Of a DNA stretch of 64,000 nucleotides, positions 28,904 to 38,523 are shown in pieces. The notes under the pieces were generated by a model. The model made no database searches, was not told the DNA's origin, and saw only the letters and a program-made list of their open reading frames with translations. Location: positions 1 through 64,000 of the IMG/VR virus record IMGVR_UViG_3300025529_000001; one strand, given 5' to 3'. Each line of letters starts with the position of its first letter. Position 1 is the stretch's first letter. The DNA is from a virus. Made by a program: the position numbers and the translations under genes.

Positions 28904-29075
28904 TATTTATTGTTCTTTTTAGCGACCTTTTTAACTTCTTTCACCAAATCATTTACATTATTTACAATCTTACCTACAACCTTTGAGATTACGATAGATA
29001 AATTGATTCTCTGTAAACTTTATAGTATCGTTTCGTCTTTTTCTTGCTTTCCATGTTTACATTCTTTTTTTTACT
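28904..29075 (-). pseudogene. Decayed duplicate of the 3' end of the nucleoside deoxyribosyltransferase gene
   Basis: DNA aligns by eye with 32793..32960. Translates to TENQFIYRNL...(frame break)...GKIVNNVNDLVKEVKKVAKKNNK*, versus the intact GTENQFMYRNLYTIGLIKERGKIVDNINDLVKEVKKIAKQGE*. Confidence 0.65.
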
Positions 29076-29163
29076 AGATTTTTATTTTGAGAGGGAGAAT
29101 TGCCTCCCTCAACTGTATTTATATTATATCATTATTTTTAGCATTTTTAATATTATATATTAT

Positions 29164-29400
29164 TTATAACTGGGAAATAATTACATCAATTTCATTTAAA
29201 TTTGTTCCTGCATAAGTAACAATAACATCGTCATTTTCATCTAATAAAACTATAGCAGGTGTAGACATTAAATTATATTTATTTTCCTCTGGATTAATAG
29301 TTAAATTTATTTTTTCAAATTCTACACCTTTATCTTTTAGATAATTGATGACTTGTGGGCAATAACGACAATTTGTTTGAGTAAATACTTTAAGCTTCAT
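29164..29400 (-). CDS. Glutaredoxin/thioredoxin-like small redox protein
   Basis: 78 aa with CRYC motif (FTQTNCRYCPQV). Directly downstream of nrdJ. Confidence 0.65.
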   Translation of the reverse strand: MKLKVFTQTNCRYCPQVINYLKDKGVEFEKINLTINPEENKYNLMSTPAIVLLDENDDVIVTYAGTNLNEIDVIISQL

Positions 29401-29430
29401 ATTTTATCCTCCTAATATATTATTTTTATG

Positions 29431-30864
29431 TTAACGGATAGGACACACACCTTGTTCACATGATTCCATATTTTCAATATCTGCTTCTGTTTCAGCAAAC
29501 TCATATTTTCTTAGTAATTTTGGGTCAAATGGCTTCATTTTCGATTTTAATTCTTCGTATTGCTTTTTAGTAATGCTCTCATATGGGGCTAATGTATATG
29601 TTCCTCCATCATGAGCCAAAAATGATACACCAACAAAATTATTCCAATTATCCCATACGATTTGCTCTGCTTCTTCCCATTCATGTTCCTTAACTGTAAT
29701 AGTATTTGATGTATTATGTTCTGTATAATATTTTTGGAAAGAGAAATAATTGTCAAATTGTTCTTTTACTGTAATATCATCTTTTGTCCGTTTCGCCCCA
29801 GTCGCAACAGGGAAATCAATAACGATAGTTTTAGCTTTTTCAATCACTTCTGGCTTAGCTAAATCTTTTGTATGCTTATATCCTTCCGTACCTACTTCTG
29901 CATGAATAGTCCACCCTAATTCTTTAGCTACTTGCACTAAAGGGTCAGTAGCATTTATTCTAATTCTACGAATATAATAAGGGGCATGTGACCAATGTAG
30001 TCCACTTGAAACTCCTCCTGCTACTTGACTTAGCGTTCCTTCTGGCTTTACTGCAGTAACAAGTAAAGGAGTATTAACACGAAGATATTTACTGTATCTA
30101 TCAGCTTCTTCTCTTGCTGTTTTGTGCAAGAGTTCTTTCAGCTCATTTTCTTGTTCTTCTGTATATCCTAACATATCCATAGCATCTTTCCAACCAGTTA
30201 AACTACAGCCCAATAATCTATCACGTTTTTGTATTTTATCCCATTCAGGTAATTCTAATTTAGCTAAAGTCATTCGCAATCCAATTCTTGCGGATAGCTT
30301 TTGAGCTTCTAACAACCCATTTAAATCCAATGTGTTATCTGGTTTAACAAATGCTTTAACATTTACAGTTGTTAGGTTGCACACATTTTTGCTAAATAAA
30401 ATTATTTCTACACAAGGATTTAAACCAATTTTTTCCATTGTTTTCTCTAACCATTTTTTGTTAGGATTTTTAATTCCCAATGCTTTAGCAATACGTATTG
30501 CACCTTCTTCTAAGTTGACAAAGGCAGGTTCGCCTTCCCCTTGTAATAAGGCAAATTGTAGAGCGTGTTTTTCTCTCGAAGGTTTCTCTGTAAATGCAAC
30601 CGAATTGTTTGACATTCTTCGGTGCTCAATACCTTTTCTTCCTAAGTTAAAAGGCTGGTCTCCATTAATATCTTTGCCGTAATACTTAACACTTAATTCA
30701 TCAAACCATTTAGGAATTACAACTCCATTTTTAATTAAAAGCTCTCTTACTTTTTCATGATGTTCAAAATGTTTTTCTTTCCAAAATCCATTGATGCCAT
30801 ATTTTGCTAATAATACTTCATAATCATCGGCATCGAAAAGGAAGATTTCTGCTGTTCTTCGTAC
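29431..30864 (-). CDS. nrdJ: Class II (adenosylcobalamin-dependent) ribonucleotide reductase, exon 2 of 2
   Basis: VRRTAEIFLFD..., NPCVEIILFSKNVCNLTTVNV (active-site Cys/Glu context), and a C-terminal redox pair CEQGVCPIR as in monomeric RTPR-type enzymes. Confidence 0.7.
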   Translation of the reverse strand, partial: VRRTAEIFLFDADDYEVLLAKYGINGFWKEKHFEHHEKVRELLIKNGVVIPKWFDELSVKYYGKDINGDQPFNLGRKGIEHRRMSNNSVAFTEKPSREKHALQFALLQGEGEPAFVNLEEGAIRIAKALGIKNPNKKWLEKTMEKIGLNPCVEIILFSKNVCNLTTVNVKAFVKPDNTLDLNGLLEAQKLSARIGLRMTLAKLELPEWDKIQKRDRLLGCSLTGWKDAMDMLGYTEEQENELKELLHKTAREEADRYSKYLRVNTPLLVTAVKPEGTLSQVAGGVSSGLHWSHAPYYIRRIRINATDPLVQVAKELGWTIHAEVGTEGYKHTKDLAKPEVIEKAKTIVIDFPVATGAKRTKDDITVKEQFDNYFSFQKYYTEHNTSNTITVKEHEWEEAEQIVWDNWNNFVGVSFLAHDGGTYTLAPYESITKKQYEELKSKMKPFDPKLLRKYEFAETEADIENMESCEQGVCPIR

Positions 30865-31838
30865 CTTACTGTTAATCTCATATTTCTATGAGTGTTGGAC
30901 TATCTCTTACCTTTATATAAATATAAAGGCTCGGATTTCTAGGATGGGTTATTGGTTGTCATACCTCACCATCTAGTCTCTAAACCTTCCTGCTACACAA
31001 AATGACATTCACAGGAGTGGTAATTGATTAGCATAGGTAAATACACCCTTAGCTTCCCAATTTTAACCCGATTAGGTGGCATACGATAACAGCAGATATA
31101 TTTTATTGTTCTAAATTTTTTAGAAATTCTTGTGCAGTTCTTTCTTTATGCCTATGACAATATACAGGTTTATCTTGATAAATATATTTGACAATTTTTG
31201 CCACATTTTTTACTTTAGAAAACCTTAAAATATAGCATTTTTCTTTACTTTTTGGCTCAATGCTAGACGGAATATTTAATTCATTTAATAGAAAGTTTTG
31301 TATTTTTTTCAATACTTTTAACGATGGATGTGTTATTCCAAAATGACACCACAATCTATTTCTATCTTTTCTTCTCCCAAATCCAATGAATCCATCTGAA
31401 TCTAATAAACCTAATAAAAATTGTGACATGAATTTTTTAGGTATATGATGGAATGTTCTGTTCTCTTTTTTATCTAAAATGCCAAACTTTTCAAAACTAT
31501 TGCTAAATTTAGATGAAAATGTTATTTTATAAGACGGTCTATTAGATTTAATATTTCTCTTTTTATTTACAGGTATTCTTGACGAATATGTATTATCTGG
31601 CATAAATTCTTTTTGTATAAATTTTATTAAATCCTCTTCTATAGATGTTACATACAACCTTGCCTTTCTTTTATTAGTTTTTGGCTGTAAACCTCCATCA
31701 CCTAATAAATATCCTATTAAATACGCTTGTTCTTTCGTTTCTATTTTGTCAAATATATTAAACCTATATACTTTACCATTTATATGGTACTCTGCAAATT
31801 GTTTTCCCATATTCATCCTCCTATGGAGAAAGTTATTT
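30865..31838 (-). mobile_element. Group I-like intron with LAGLIDADG endonuclease ORF (nrdJ intron)
   Basis: 974-nt insert. The junction restores ...ANVVVGG|VRRTAEI. The exon ends ...GGU and the intron ends ...UAAG. Confidence 0.7.
31103..31810 (-). CDS. LAGLIDADG homing endonuclease (double-motif)
   Basis: Two dodecapeptide motifs, LIGYLLGDGGL and LLGLLDSDGFIG. Start set at MGKQF, 6 nt after AGGAGG. Confidence 0.8.
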   Translation of the reverse strand: MGKQFAEYHINGKVYRFNIFDKIETKEQAYLIGYLLGDGGLQPKTNKRKARLYVTSIEEDLIKFIQKEFMPDNTYSSRIPVNKKRNIKSNRPSYKITFSSKFSNSFEKFGILDKKENRTFHHIPKKFMSQFLLGLLDSDGFIGFGRRKDRNRLWCHFGITHPSLKVLKKIQNFLLNELNIPSSIEPKSKEKCYILRFSKVKNVAKIVKYIYQDKPVYCHRHKERTAQEFLKNLEQ

Positions 31839-32747
31839 ACCACCTACAACAACATTAGCACCAATCAAATTACAAATATCTAAAATATGAATCGGTCTGA
31901 CATGACCATAACCTTTTTCATCAGCTTCAATAGGTTTCAAATATGGGTCAATCTTATTTTTAAGCACTTTGTCAATACCTTCAAACATTTGTTGTAACGG
32001 TTCATGTCCACTAGCTGTTCCACCAAATGTTTTCAATCTTTCTCCTTTAGGTCTAACGCTATTATATGAAATTTTAATAGTATGTACAAATTCATATTTT
32101 GGTTCTATAAGAATTTTAAAATATTCATCAAGTGCTTCACACCAACCCTCTTTTGAATCTCCTACAAAAATTTTAGCAAATCCATTATCTAAAATTCTAA
32201 CTTCGGTATGCTCAAGTCTTTGTTCTGGTGGCAATTGCTTATATTCAGAATGAAGAAGTTTTGTATTAATCCTAATTTTCGGCATTTTACTTGCCATTTT
32301 TTTTGTACATTTTACACCTACGCCAACACCGACCATAAGTAAATAAAATACCTCTTTTAAATCAGACCATTTTTCAATGTTAGTGAAGCTGCAGTTAAAG
32401 TTGCCCAAAATAAACTTCTCATTAACAATTGGATTAGCGTTGCCTACCCACAACGTTCTACCGCTCGGAAATTGTTTTGCATTATAAATATTAATAAAAA
32501 GTTTTTCAGCTTCCTTTTTCACCTCTTTTAAATCTACTTGCAATCCAAGTTCTAACATATGTTTATATGCTAAAGACATATTAAATTCAACTGCTCGTTT
32601 TACAGTTTCATACCAATATTCTCTACGACCTTTATGTGGCAACCAACGAGAATAAGTGCGATAATTAACAAATTCACCTAACTCATCTAATGGTTTAGGA
32701 TCGTTTTCAACATAATCTGTAACAAATTTAGTAGATAAAAATTCCAT
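31839..32747 (-). CDS. nrdJ: Class II ribonucleotide reductase, exon 1 of 2
   Basis: N-terminal FVNYRTYSRWLPHKGRREYWYETVKRAVEFN... is typical of B12-dependent RNRs. Ends ...IGANVVVGG. Confidence 0.7.
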
Positions 32748-32792
32748 AAGTTATCATTCTCCTTGCATATTTTTTTGATATCCTTGCTCCCC

Positions 32793-33281
32793 TTATTCTC
32801 CTTGCTTTGCAATCTTTTTAACTTCTTTAACTAAGTCATTTATGTTATCTACAATCTTCCCCCTTTCTTTAATTAGACCGATTGTGTATAAATTTCGATA
32901 CATAAATTGATTTTCTGTGCCATCTTCAATTAATGCTTGAATTTTTCTTTTATTGTCTCTGCCTTGTTGCCTTACATCTGTATAAATGGCAATAATAGGT
33001 TTTTCTAACATATAAAATACACCAATTTCAGATGCTACACCTGCATCAATTTCAGTACCATCAATAACAGCAACAAGAATATCAGACTCTTTTAACCTAT
33101 CTGTATCTGCCTTAGCTATCATAATACTATCTGCATAAGCATTCTTATCATTAATCTCATCGTTTTCCTGTGGCATATACAAATCAATGTGTTCGACATT
33201 TTCACGCAATAGCTTGGCAAGATGAGTATTATACATTCTATCTGCTTCACTAAATAAACCATTTGCTAAATAAGCTTTCAT
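32793..33281 (-). CDS. Nucleoside 2-deoxyribosyltransferase
   Basis: YLANGLFSEADR...VAVIDGTEIDAGVASEIGVFY pattern of the Nuc_deoxyrib_tr family. Confidence 0.65.
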   Translation of the reverse strand: MKAYLANGLFSEADRMYNTHLAKLLRENVEHIDLYMPQENDEINDKNAYADSIMIAKADTDRLKESDILVAVIDGTEIDAGVASEIGVFYMLEKPIIAIYTDVRQQGRDNKRKIQALIEDGTENQFMYRNLYTIGLIKERGKIVDNINDLVKEVKKIAKQGE

Positions 33282-33374
33282 TCAATGTTGCACCCCTTAA
33301 ATGATTATTTTTTATTTTTATTAGATTAATTAAGAAGCACAATATATAGTGCTTCTCTTCATAACGTAATACTA

Positions 33375-33403
33375 ATTATAGCATATTTAGTATTTAATGT
33401 CAA
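33375..33403 (-). promoter_or_regulatory. SigA-type promoter
   Basis: Minus strand reads TTGACA-17 nt-TATAAT with TGc. The leader contains hairpin AGAAGCAC/GTGCTTCT (33333..33356). Confidence 0.55.
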
Positions 33404-33404
33404 G

Positions 33405-33803
33405 TTATATACTATATGACTTATCTGATATAACGTCAAATAAATACTCTCCATCAATTTTCTCAAATCTTGGCACTTCATATGTATCTCCGATTTCTTC
33501 ATCTTTAACAACAACATTCTCATGGAATTTATCTTTAGGTCTTAGCCAATATCTACCATCTAAACCTCTATAGAATGCCATTACACCGCTAATTGTCTCG
33601 CTCTTATAAGCGTAGAATGTAGCTCCAACCTTTTTATCATAAACTAAAACAACTTCAACATCTTCTAAGGTCTCTTCGTACTTGGCTATAGCCACAACTT
33701 TAACATCAATATTTTTATCATCATAAATTTCTTTAGAGAATCGTGTGGCATATCCTTCTAAAAAGTATAGACCTCCTTTAAAATGTCTATAAATACTCAT
33801 CAT
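33405..33803 (-). CDS. DUF1653-like protein
   Basis: N-terminal YRHFKGGLYFLEG motif characteristic of DUF1653. Confidence 0.5.
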   Translation of the reverse strand: MMSIYRHFKGGLYFLEGYATRFSKEIYDDKNIDVKVVAIAKYEETLEDVEVVLVYDKKVGATFYAYKSETISGVMAFYRGLDGRYWLRPKDKFHENVVVKDEEIGDTYEVPRFEKIDGEYLFDVISDKSYSI

Positions 33804-33820
33804 TAATTCATCCCCTTATT

Positions 33821-33846
33821 ATATAAAACCTAGTACAATGACTAGG
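33821..33846 (-). terminator. Intrinsic-terminator-like hairpin located between promoter 33892..33920 and the gene it should serve
   Basis: Minus sense reads CCTAGT-cattgt-ACTAGG followed by TTTTATATAA. A second stem precedes it, ACGGGCAAC/GTTGCCTGT (33861..33885), with a G.U pair only in the minus sense. Confidence 0.55.
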
Positions 33847-33891
33847 CTTTTTGACGTTTTACAGGCAACCTATTTCGTTGCCCGTAATTAT

Positions 33892-33920
33892 ATTATACTA
33901 TTATTTTTAGTGCTTGTCAA
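33892..33920 (-). promoter_or_regulatory. SigA-type promoter
   Basis: Minus strand reads TTGACA-17 nt-TATAAT. Confidence 0.55.
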
Positions 33921-33926
33921 GTGCTT

Positions 33927-36095
33927 TTATTTAATTAATGAATAGAAATCTCCTTTTCTCAAATATTTACCTACTCCTGCACCTGCTGTTCGATAGTATT
34001 CAACCTCTTCATAATCACCATCTAATGTGTAATAGTTTTTAACAAAACTGTCATTCTTAGATTTCATAACAGTAACACCGATAGTAGTTTTACTTGTTTT
34101 AGAATTAATCATAGACGTATTGAATACTAGCACTTTATCGATTGACGATACAGCAATAATATCTATATCTTCTTGGATATGATTGAAGTAAATGGCATTT
34201 TTATCTGCATACGCATTCTTCAATATAGTTCTATTTGTTTTAGTTTCATATGCTGATAAATCAATCTTAGCCATTTTGCCATCATTAAATCCAATCAACA
34301 GATAGCCTTTGTGGTCATTAGTTGCTGTCACATATAGAATTTCTTCATCTTTTAATTCTAGGTAAGTAGGTAAATAAATCCCTAATTGACTCGGCTTACT
34401 ATCCTCTAATTCATGCGTTCTAATTTTATAAACATTCTTATTATCTGTAAATACTAGGATTTCAGAATTGTTTGTTGTTTCTACTTCGTTAATTATGTAA
34501 TCTCCATCTTTAACTCGAATATTGAAATTGCCACGCAATGATGTCAGAGGAATCTTCTTAATGTATCCTTCTTTGCTAAAGAATATACGTACATTATAAT
34601 CATCAATTTTTAATTCTTCAATTTTAGTTCTAGGAATCTCTTTAATCTCAATGATTCCAGTTTTACGCTCTTGACCATAACTATCCTTAATTTCCTGTAA
34701 TTGCTTTATGATAAACTTAGCCATAGTTTTCTTATCATTAATCAACATTTGAAGGTTATTAATATCTTCTTCAAGATTTTTAATCTCTTCAATACGATTG
34801 ATTAAATACTCTTTATTAAGGTATTTTAGCTTGATTTCTGCAACATATTCAGCTTGTTCTTCATCAATATCGAATGCTTTCATCAGACTAGAAATAGTCT
34901 CACTATTGTTCTTTGTTTCTCTGATAATTGCAACAGCTTTATCAATGTCTAAAATTACCTTTTGTAAAGCAAGTAACATATGTCTTTTGTGTTGTTTCTT
35001 TTTAACGTCAAATTTAGCACCACGCTTGATTGTGTTAACTCTGAATTGTAACCATTCATGTACTATTTGTTTAACTCCTAGCACATCTGGTCTACCGTTA
35101 ACAATCAAGTTAAAATTACAGCTATATGATGATTGTAGAGGTGTCATACTAAAAAGTTTCTCAACAAACATCTCTTTATCAACATTTTTCTTAACTGTAA
35201 TCTCCAAGCCTTGACTAACCTCTTCTGTTTTCTTATCGATACCTAGCTTGTCGTGAATGTCTACAACTTCTTTAAGTCTACCTTCTCGTACCAAATCTAC
35301 AATCTTATCAACGATAGCTTCATAAGTTGTCGTATATGGTATCTCTGTGAAAATAATTGTATCACCGTCTATTTTATATTTGGCACGAATTTGAATAGAC
35401 CCACGACCTGTTTCAAAAATGTCGTTAAACACTTCCTCATCATAAATTATATTTGCACCTGTCGGAAAGTCTGGTGCTTTAATATAATCGCTAACCATAA
35501 CCTCTGGATTCTTTAAGTAAGCAATCGTAAAATCGATAACCTCATTGATATTGAATGGTGCTATATTCGTTCCCATACCTACTGCTGTACCTTGAATCGG
35601 ATTTACAAGAATAGTAGGAAATGAAACAGGTAGTAGTCTAGGTTCTTTTGTTTCACCATCATAACTGTCAATCATATCAACAGTATTTTTATCAATATCT
35701 TTAAATAATTCCTTTGCAATAGGCATTAATCTAGCCTCGGTGTAGCGAGCACTTGCATATTGCATATCACGTGAATAATGTTTACCAAAGTTACCCTTAG
35801 AATCAATCCAAGGTATCAATAAAGATTCAGCGTCTTTAGCCATACGCACTAATGTTTCATATATTGCACCATCACCGTGAGGGTGTAGAGCCATAGTTTG
35901 TCCTACAACTGTCTGTGATTTCTTTCTTGCACCTTTAAGTAACCCCATCTTATACATTGTATATAAGATTCTTCGTTGAGAAGGTTTAAAACCATCTATC
36001 TCTGGCAACGCCCTGTCAAGAATAACGTGTGCAGAATATGGCATAAAATTTTCTTTTAGTGCTGTTGTCGTGTCCATTTTAATTACGTTACTCAT
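33927..36095 (-). CDS. Type IIA DNA topoisomerase, subunit A (GyrA/ParC-like)
   Basis: YSAHVILDRALPEIDGFKPSQRRILY and the catalytic-Tyr context ASARYTEARL. Confidence 0.85.
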   Translation of the reverse strand: MSNVIKMDTTTALKENFMPYSAHVILDRALPEIDGFKPSQRRILYTMYKMGLLKGARKKSQTVVGQTMALHPHGDGAIYETLVRMAKDAESLLIPWIDSKGNFGKHYSRDMQYASARYTEARLMPIAKELFKDIDKNTVDMIDSYDGETKEPRLLPVSFPTILVNPIQGTAVGMGTNIAPFNINEVIDFTIAYLKNPEVMVSDYIKAPDFPTGANIIYDEEVFNDIFETGRGSIQIRAKYKIDGDTIIFTEIPYTTTYEAIVDKIVDLVREGRLKEVVDIHDKLGIDKKTEEVSQGLEITVKKNVDKEMFVEKLFSMTPLQSSYSCNFNLIVNGRPDVLGVKQIVHEWLQFRVNTIKRGAKFDVKKKQHKRHMLLALQKVILDIDKAVAIIRETKNNSETISSLMKAFDIDEEQAEYVAEIKLKYLNKEYLINRIEEIKNLEEDINNLQMLINDKKTMAKFIIKQLQEIKDSYGQERKTGIIEIKEIPRTKIEELKIDDYNVRIFFSKEGYIKKIPLTSLRGNFNIRVKDGDYIINEVETTNNSEILVFTDNKNVYKIRTHELEDSKPSQLGIYLPTYLELKDEEILYVTATNDHKGYLLIGFNDGKMAKIDLSAYETKTNRTILKNAYADKNAIYFNHIQEDIDIIAVSSIDKVLVFNTSMINSKTSKTTIGVTVMKSKNDSFVKNYYTLDGDYEEVEYYRTAGAGVGKYLRKGDFYSLIK

Positions 36096-36125
36096 TTAAT
36101 CAACCCTTTCTGTCTTTTTGAATAT

Positions 36126-36154
36126 ATTATACCATAATTACTTATGTTAGTCAA
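36126..36154 (-). promoter_or_regulatory. SigA-type promoter
   Basis: Minus strand reads TTGACT-17 nt-TATAAT with TGg. Confidence 0.5.
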
Positions 36155-38105
36155 GTGCTTCTTCGATATATTCAGAAAGGTTGTCTGCAATATACTCCTT
36201 ACGACCTTCCAAATCATCACCCATAAACATCTCAAAATATTTAAGCATTTCTTCAACGTTATCTGGTGTGATTTGAATTAGTCTGCGTGTTTCTGGATTC
36301 ATTGTTGTATTCCACATCATCTTAGGTGTATTTTCTCCAAGACCCTTTGAGCGTTGGATAGCCAAAACATTACTCCCCAATTCTTTAAGAATCTTCTCTT
36401 TTTCGGCTTCATCATAAGCAAAATGAGAATTTTCCTGTTTATCAAGGATTTCGTATAATGGAGACAATGCGATAAATACCTTACCCTCTTCAATTAATGT
36501 AGGCATTAATCTATAGAATACTGTCAGCACTAGACAGCGAATATGGTAACCATCAACATCAGCGTCAGTCGTAATAATTACCTTAGACCATCGAAGATTA
36601 TTGATATCAAAGTAATTTACATCTTTGGCGTGTTTCGATTTAACCTCAACTCCACAACCTAAAATCTTAATCATGTTGGTGATTACTTCACTCTTGAATA
36701 TCTTATTGTAATCTGCTTTTAGACAGTTCAAAATCTTTCCACGAATAGCAAAGATAGCTTGTGTCTTATCGTCACGACCCTGCTTAGTAGACCCTAACGC
36801 AGATTTACCTTCTACGATAAATAGTTCTGTCTCTGTATTATCTTTCGACTTACAGTTTTCAAAACCATTGATACGTCCAGTTAAGTTATTAACTGTTCCA
36901 GATAACTTTTTCTTAATATCTAATCGTGTCTTTTCAGCTTTTTCACGACTATGTTTATTAACCAACACCTGTTTTAAGATTAACTCTGCTTCATTAGGAT
37001 TTTCGATAAAGTAAATCTCTAATTGTTCTTTTAAATACTGAGTCATAAAATCCTTAATAAATTTGTTTGTAATAGCAAACTTAGTTTGATTTTCATAACT
37101 AGTCTCTGTTGAATATGTGTTTGTGATAATTACTAAACTATCCTTAATATCATCAAAAGTTATTTTCTTTTCATTCTTTTTATATAATCCTTTTTCTTTA
37201 AGTAATTTATCAATAGAATATACAAATGCTGTTTCTATAGCATCATGAGGACTGCCACCATGCTTTAAAAATGAGCTATTATGATATGATTCTATAGCGT
37301 TTACTTCGTTATTAAAGCAGAAGGCAATTTGATACTTTGATTTATATTCTGGTTTATCATCCCTATCTTTACCAATTGCTTCTGTTTCTAAGTAGACAAC
37401 ATCTGTGATATTTTTATCATTATTTAATTGATTGATGTAGTCAATAATTCCATTCTTATAATAAAATTCAGTTTTATCACCTTTTGTATTAATAAAAATA
37501 AGTTTCAATTCCTTATTAACAATTGCCTGTTGCTCTAAATAGTCAATAAACATATCTTCTGTAAAGTTAACATCTGTAAATACTTCTAAGTCAGGTTTCC
37601 ATGTAACTTTCGTTCCTGTTTGGTAGTCACCATTAATTTTTTCTTTTATTAACTCTCCTACAACTTCTCCTTTTTCTATATTTAAAGTATATTTGTAACC
37701 ATCACGTTTAACTTCAATTTTTGCAAATTCTGATGATAATATTGTTAATGCACTACCAATACCATTTAATCCCAATGAAAACTCGTAACTATCATTAGAA
37801 TATTTCCCACCCGCATTTAATGAAAGAAAGATTAATTCATAATTATATTTTTTCTCATATTCATTCCAATCAACAGGACATCCTCTCCCATAATCTGTCA
37901 CAGAAATACTTCCATCTTTTAAATATTCAACTAAGATTTCATTTCCAAACCCTGCTTTAAACTCATCAACAGCATTACTGATAATCTCTCTGACGGTAGT
38001 AAACGCACCATTTATATTATTACTTCCTGCATATGTTGATACTCTAAGTCGTACAGCTTCTCTATCTGTTAAAGCCCTAATGCTATCGTTGCCATAATTT
38101 TTCAA
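36147..38105 (-). CDS. Type IIA DNA topoisomerase, subunit B (GyrB/ParE-like)
   Basis: GHKL ATPase motif ISNAVDE, Toprim ELFIVEGKSALGS and TDADVDGYHI. Confidence 0.85.
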   Translation of the reverse strand: MKNYGNDSIRALTDREAVRLRVSTYAGSNNINGAFTTVREIISNAVDEFKAGFGNEILVEYLKDGSISVTDYGRGCPVDWNEYEKKYNYELIFLSLNAGGKYSNDSYEFSLGLNGIGSALTILSSEFAKIEVKRDGYKYTLNIEKGEVVGELIKEKINGDYQTGTKVTWKPDLEVFTDVNFTEDMFIDYLEQQAIVNKELKLIFINTKGDKTEFYYKNGIIDYINQLNNDKNITDVVYLETEAIGKDRDDKPEYKSKYQIAFCFNNEVNAIESYHNSSFLKHGGSPHDAIETAFVYSIDKLLKEKGLYKKNEKKITFDDIKDSLVIITNTYSTETSYENQTKFAITNKFIKDFMTQYLKEQLEIYFIENPNEAELILKQVLVNKHSREKAEKTRLDIKKKLSGTVNNLTGRINGFENCKSKDNTETELFIVEGKSALGSTKQGRDDKTQAIFAIRGKILNCLKADYNKIFKSEVITNMIKILGCGVEVKSKHAKDVNYFDINNLRWSKVIITTDADVDGYHIRCLVLTVFYRLMPTLIEEGKVFIALSPLYEILDKQENSHFAYDEAEKEKILKELGSNVLAIQRSKGLGENTPKMMWNTTMNPETRRLIQITPDNVEEMLKYFEMFMGDDLEGRKEYIADNLSEYIEEALD

Positions 38106-38195
38106 AATAATTCACTCCCAAATTTGTTCTTAAATAAGGGTAATTTACACTTATTGCACTCAATTTAAATCACCCTTCCGTAATATTGTATTACA

Positions 38196-38224
38196 GTTAT
38201 ATCATTAAATTTTGCGTTTGTCAA
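38196..38224 (-). promoter_or_regulatory. SigA-type promoter
   Basis: Minus strand reads TTGACA-17 nt-TATAAC with TGa. Confidence 0.5.
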
Positions 38225-38237
38225 GTGTTAATGTTGA

Positions 38238-38429
38238 TTAACCCCTACCAAATAATAATTCTTTCATATTTTCCAAAGCTTCAACTATGGTATCACCTTC
38301 TGTGTAAACTAAATCAAATACTTTTCTATCTTTAGGTATTGCGTGTACTGTAGGTTTCTGACCAGAGCTTAATACTACTTGTATTGACACCCCTTCTTTT
38401 TCAAAGAAGTCAAATAGTTCTTCAACCAT
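38238..38429 (-). CDS. Hypothetical small protein
   Basis: Start set at MVEELFDFFEKEG, with a GGAAAGGA RBS. The longer ORF-track version overlaps the upstream gene in another frame. Confidence 0.4.
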   Translation of the reverse strand: MVEELFDFFEKEGVSIQVVLSSGQKPTVHAIPKDRKVFDLVYTEGDTIVEALENMKELLFGRG

Positions 38430-38523
38430 GTTATCGTCCTTTCCTTTTTCGTGTAAAATTCTTTCGACAAAGTTTATAATCTCGCAAATATATATAAAAA
38501 TAATGACAAGCAAATGTTCGTAC

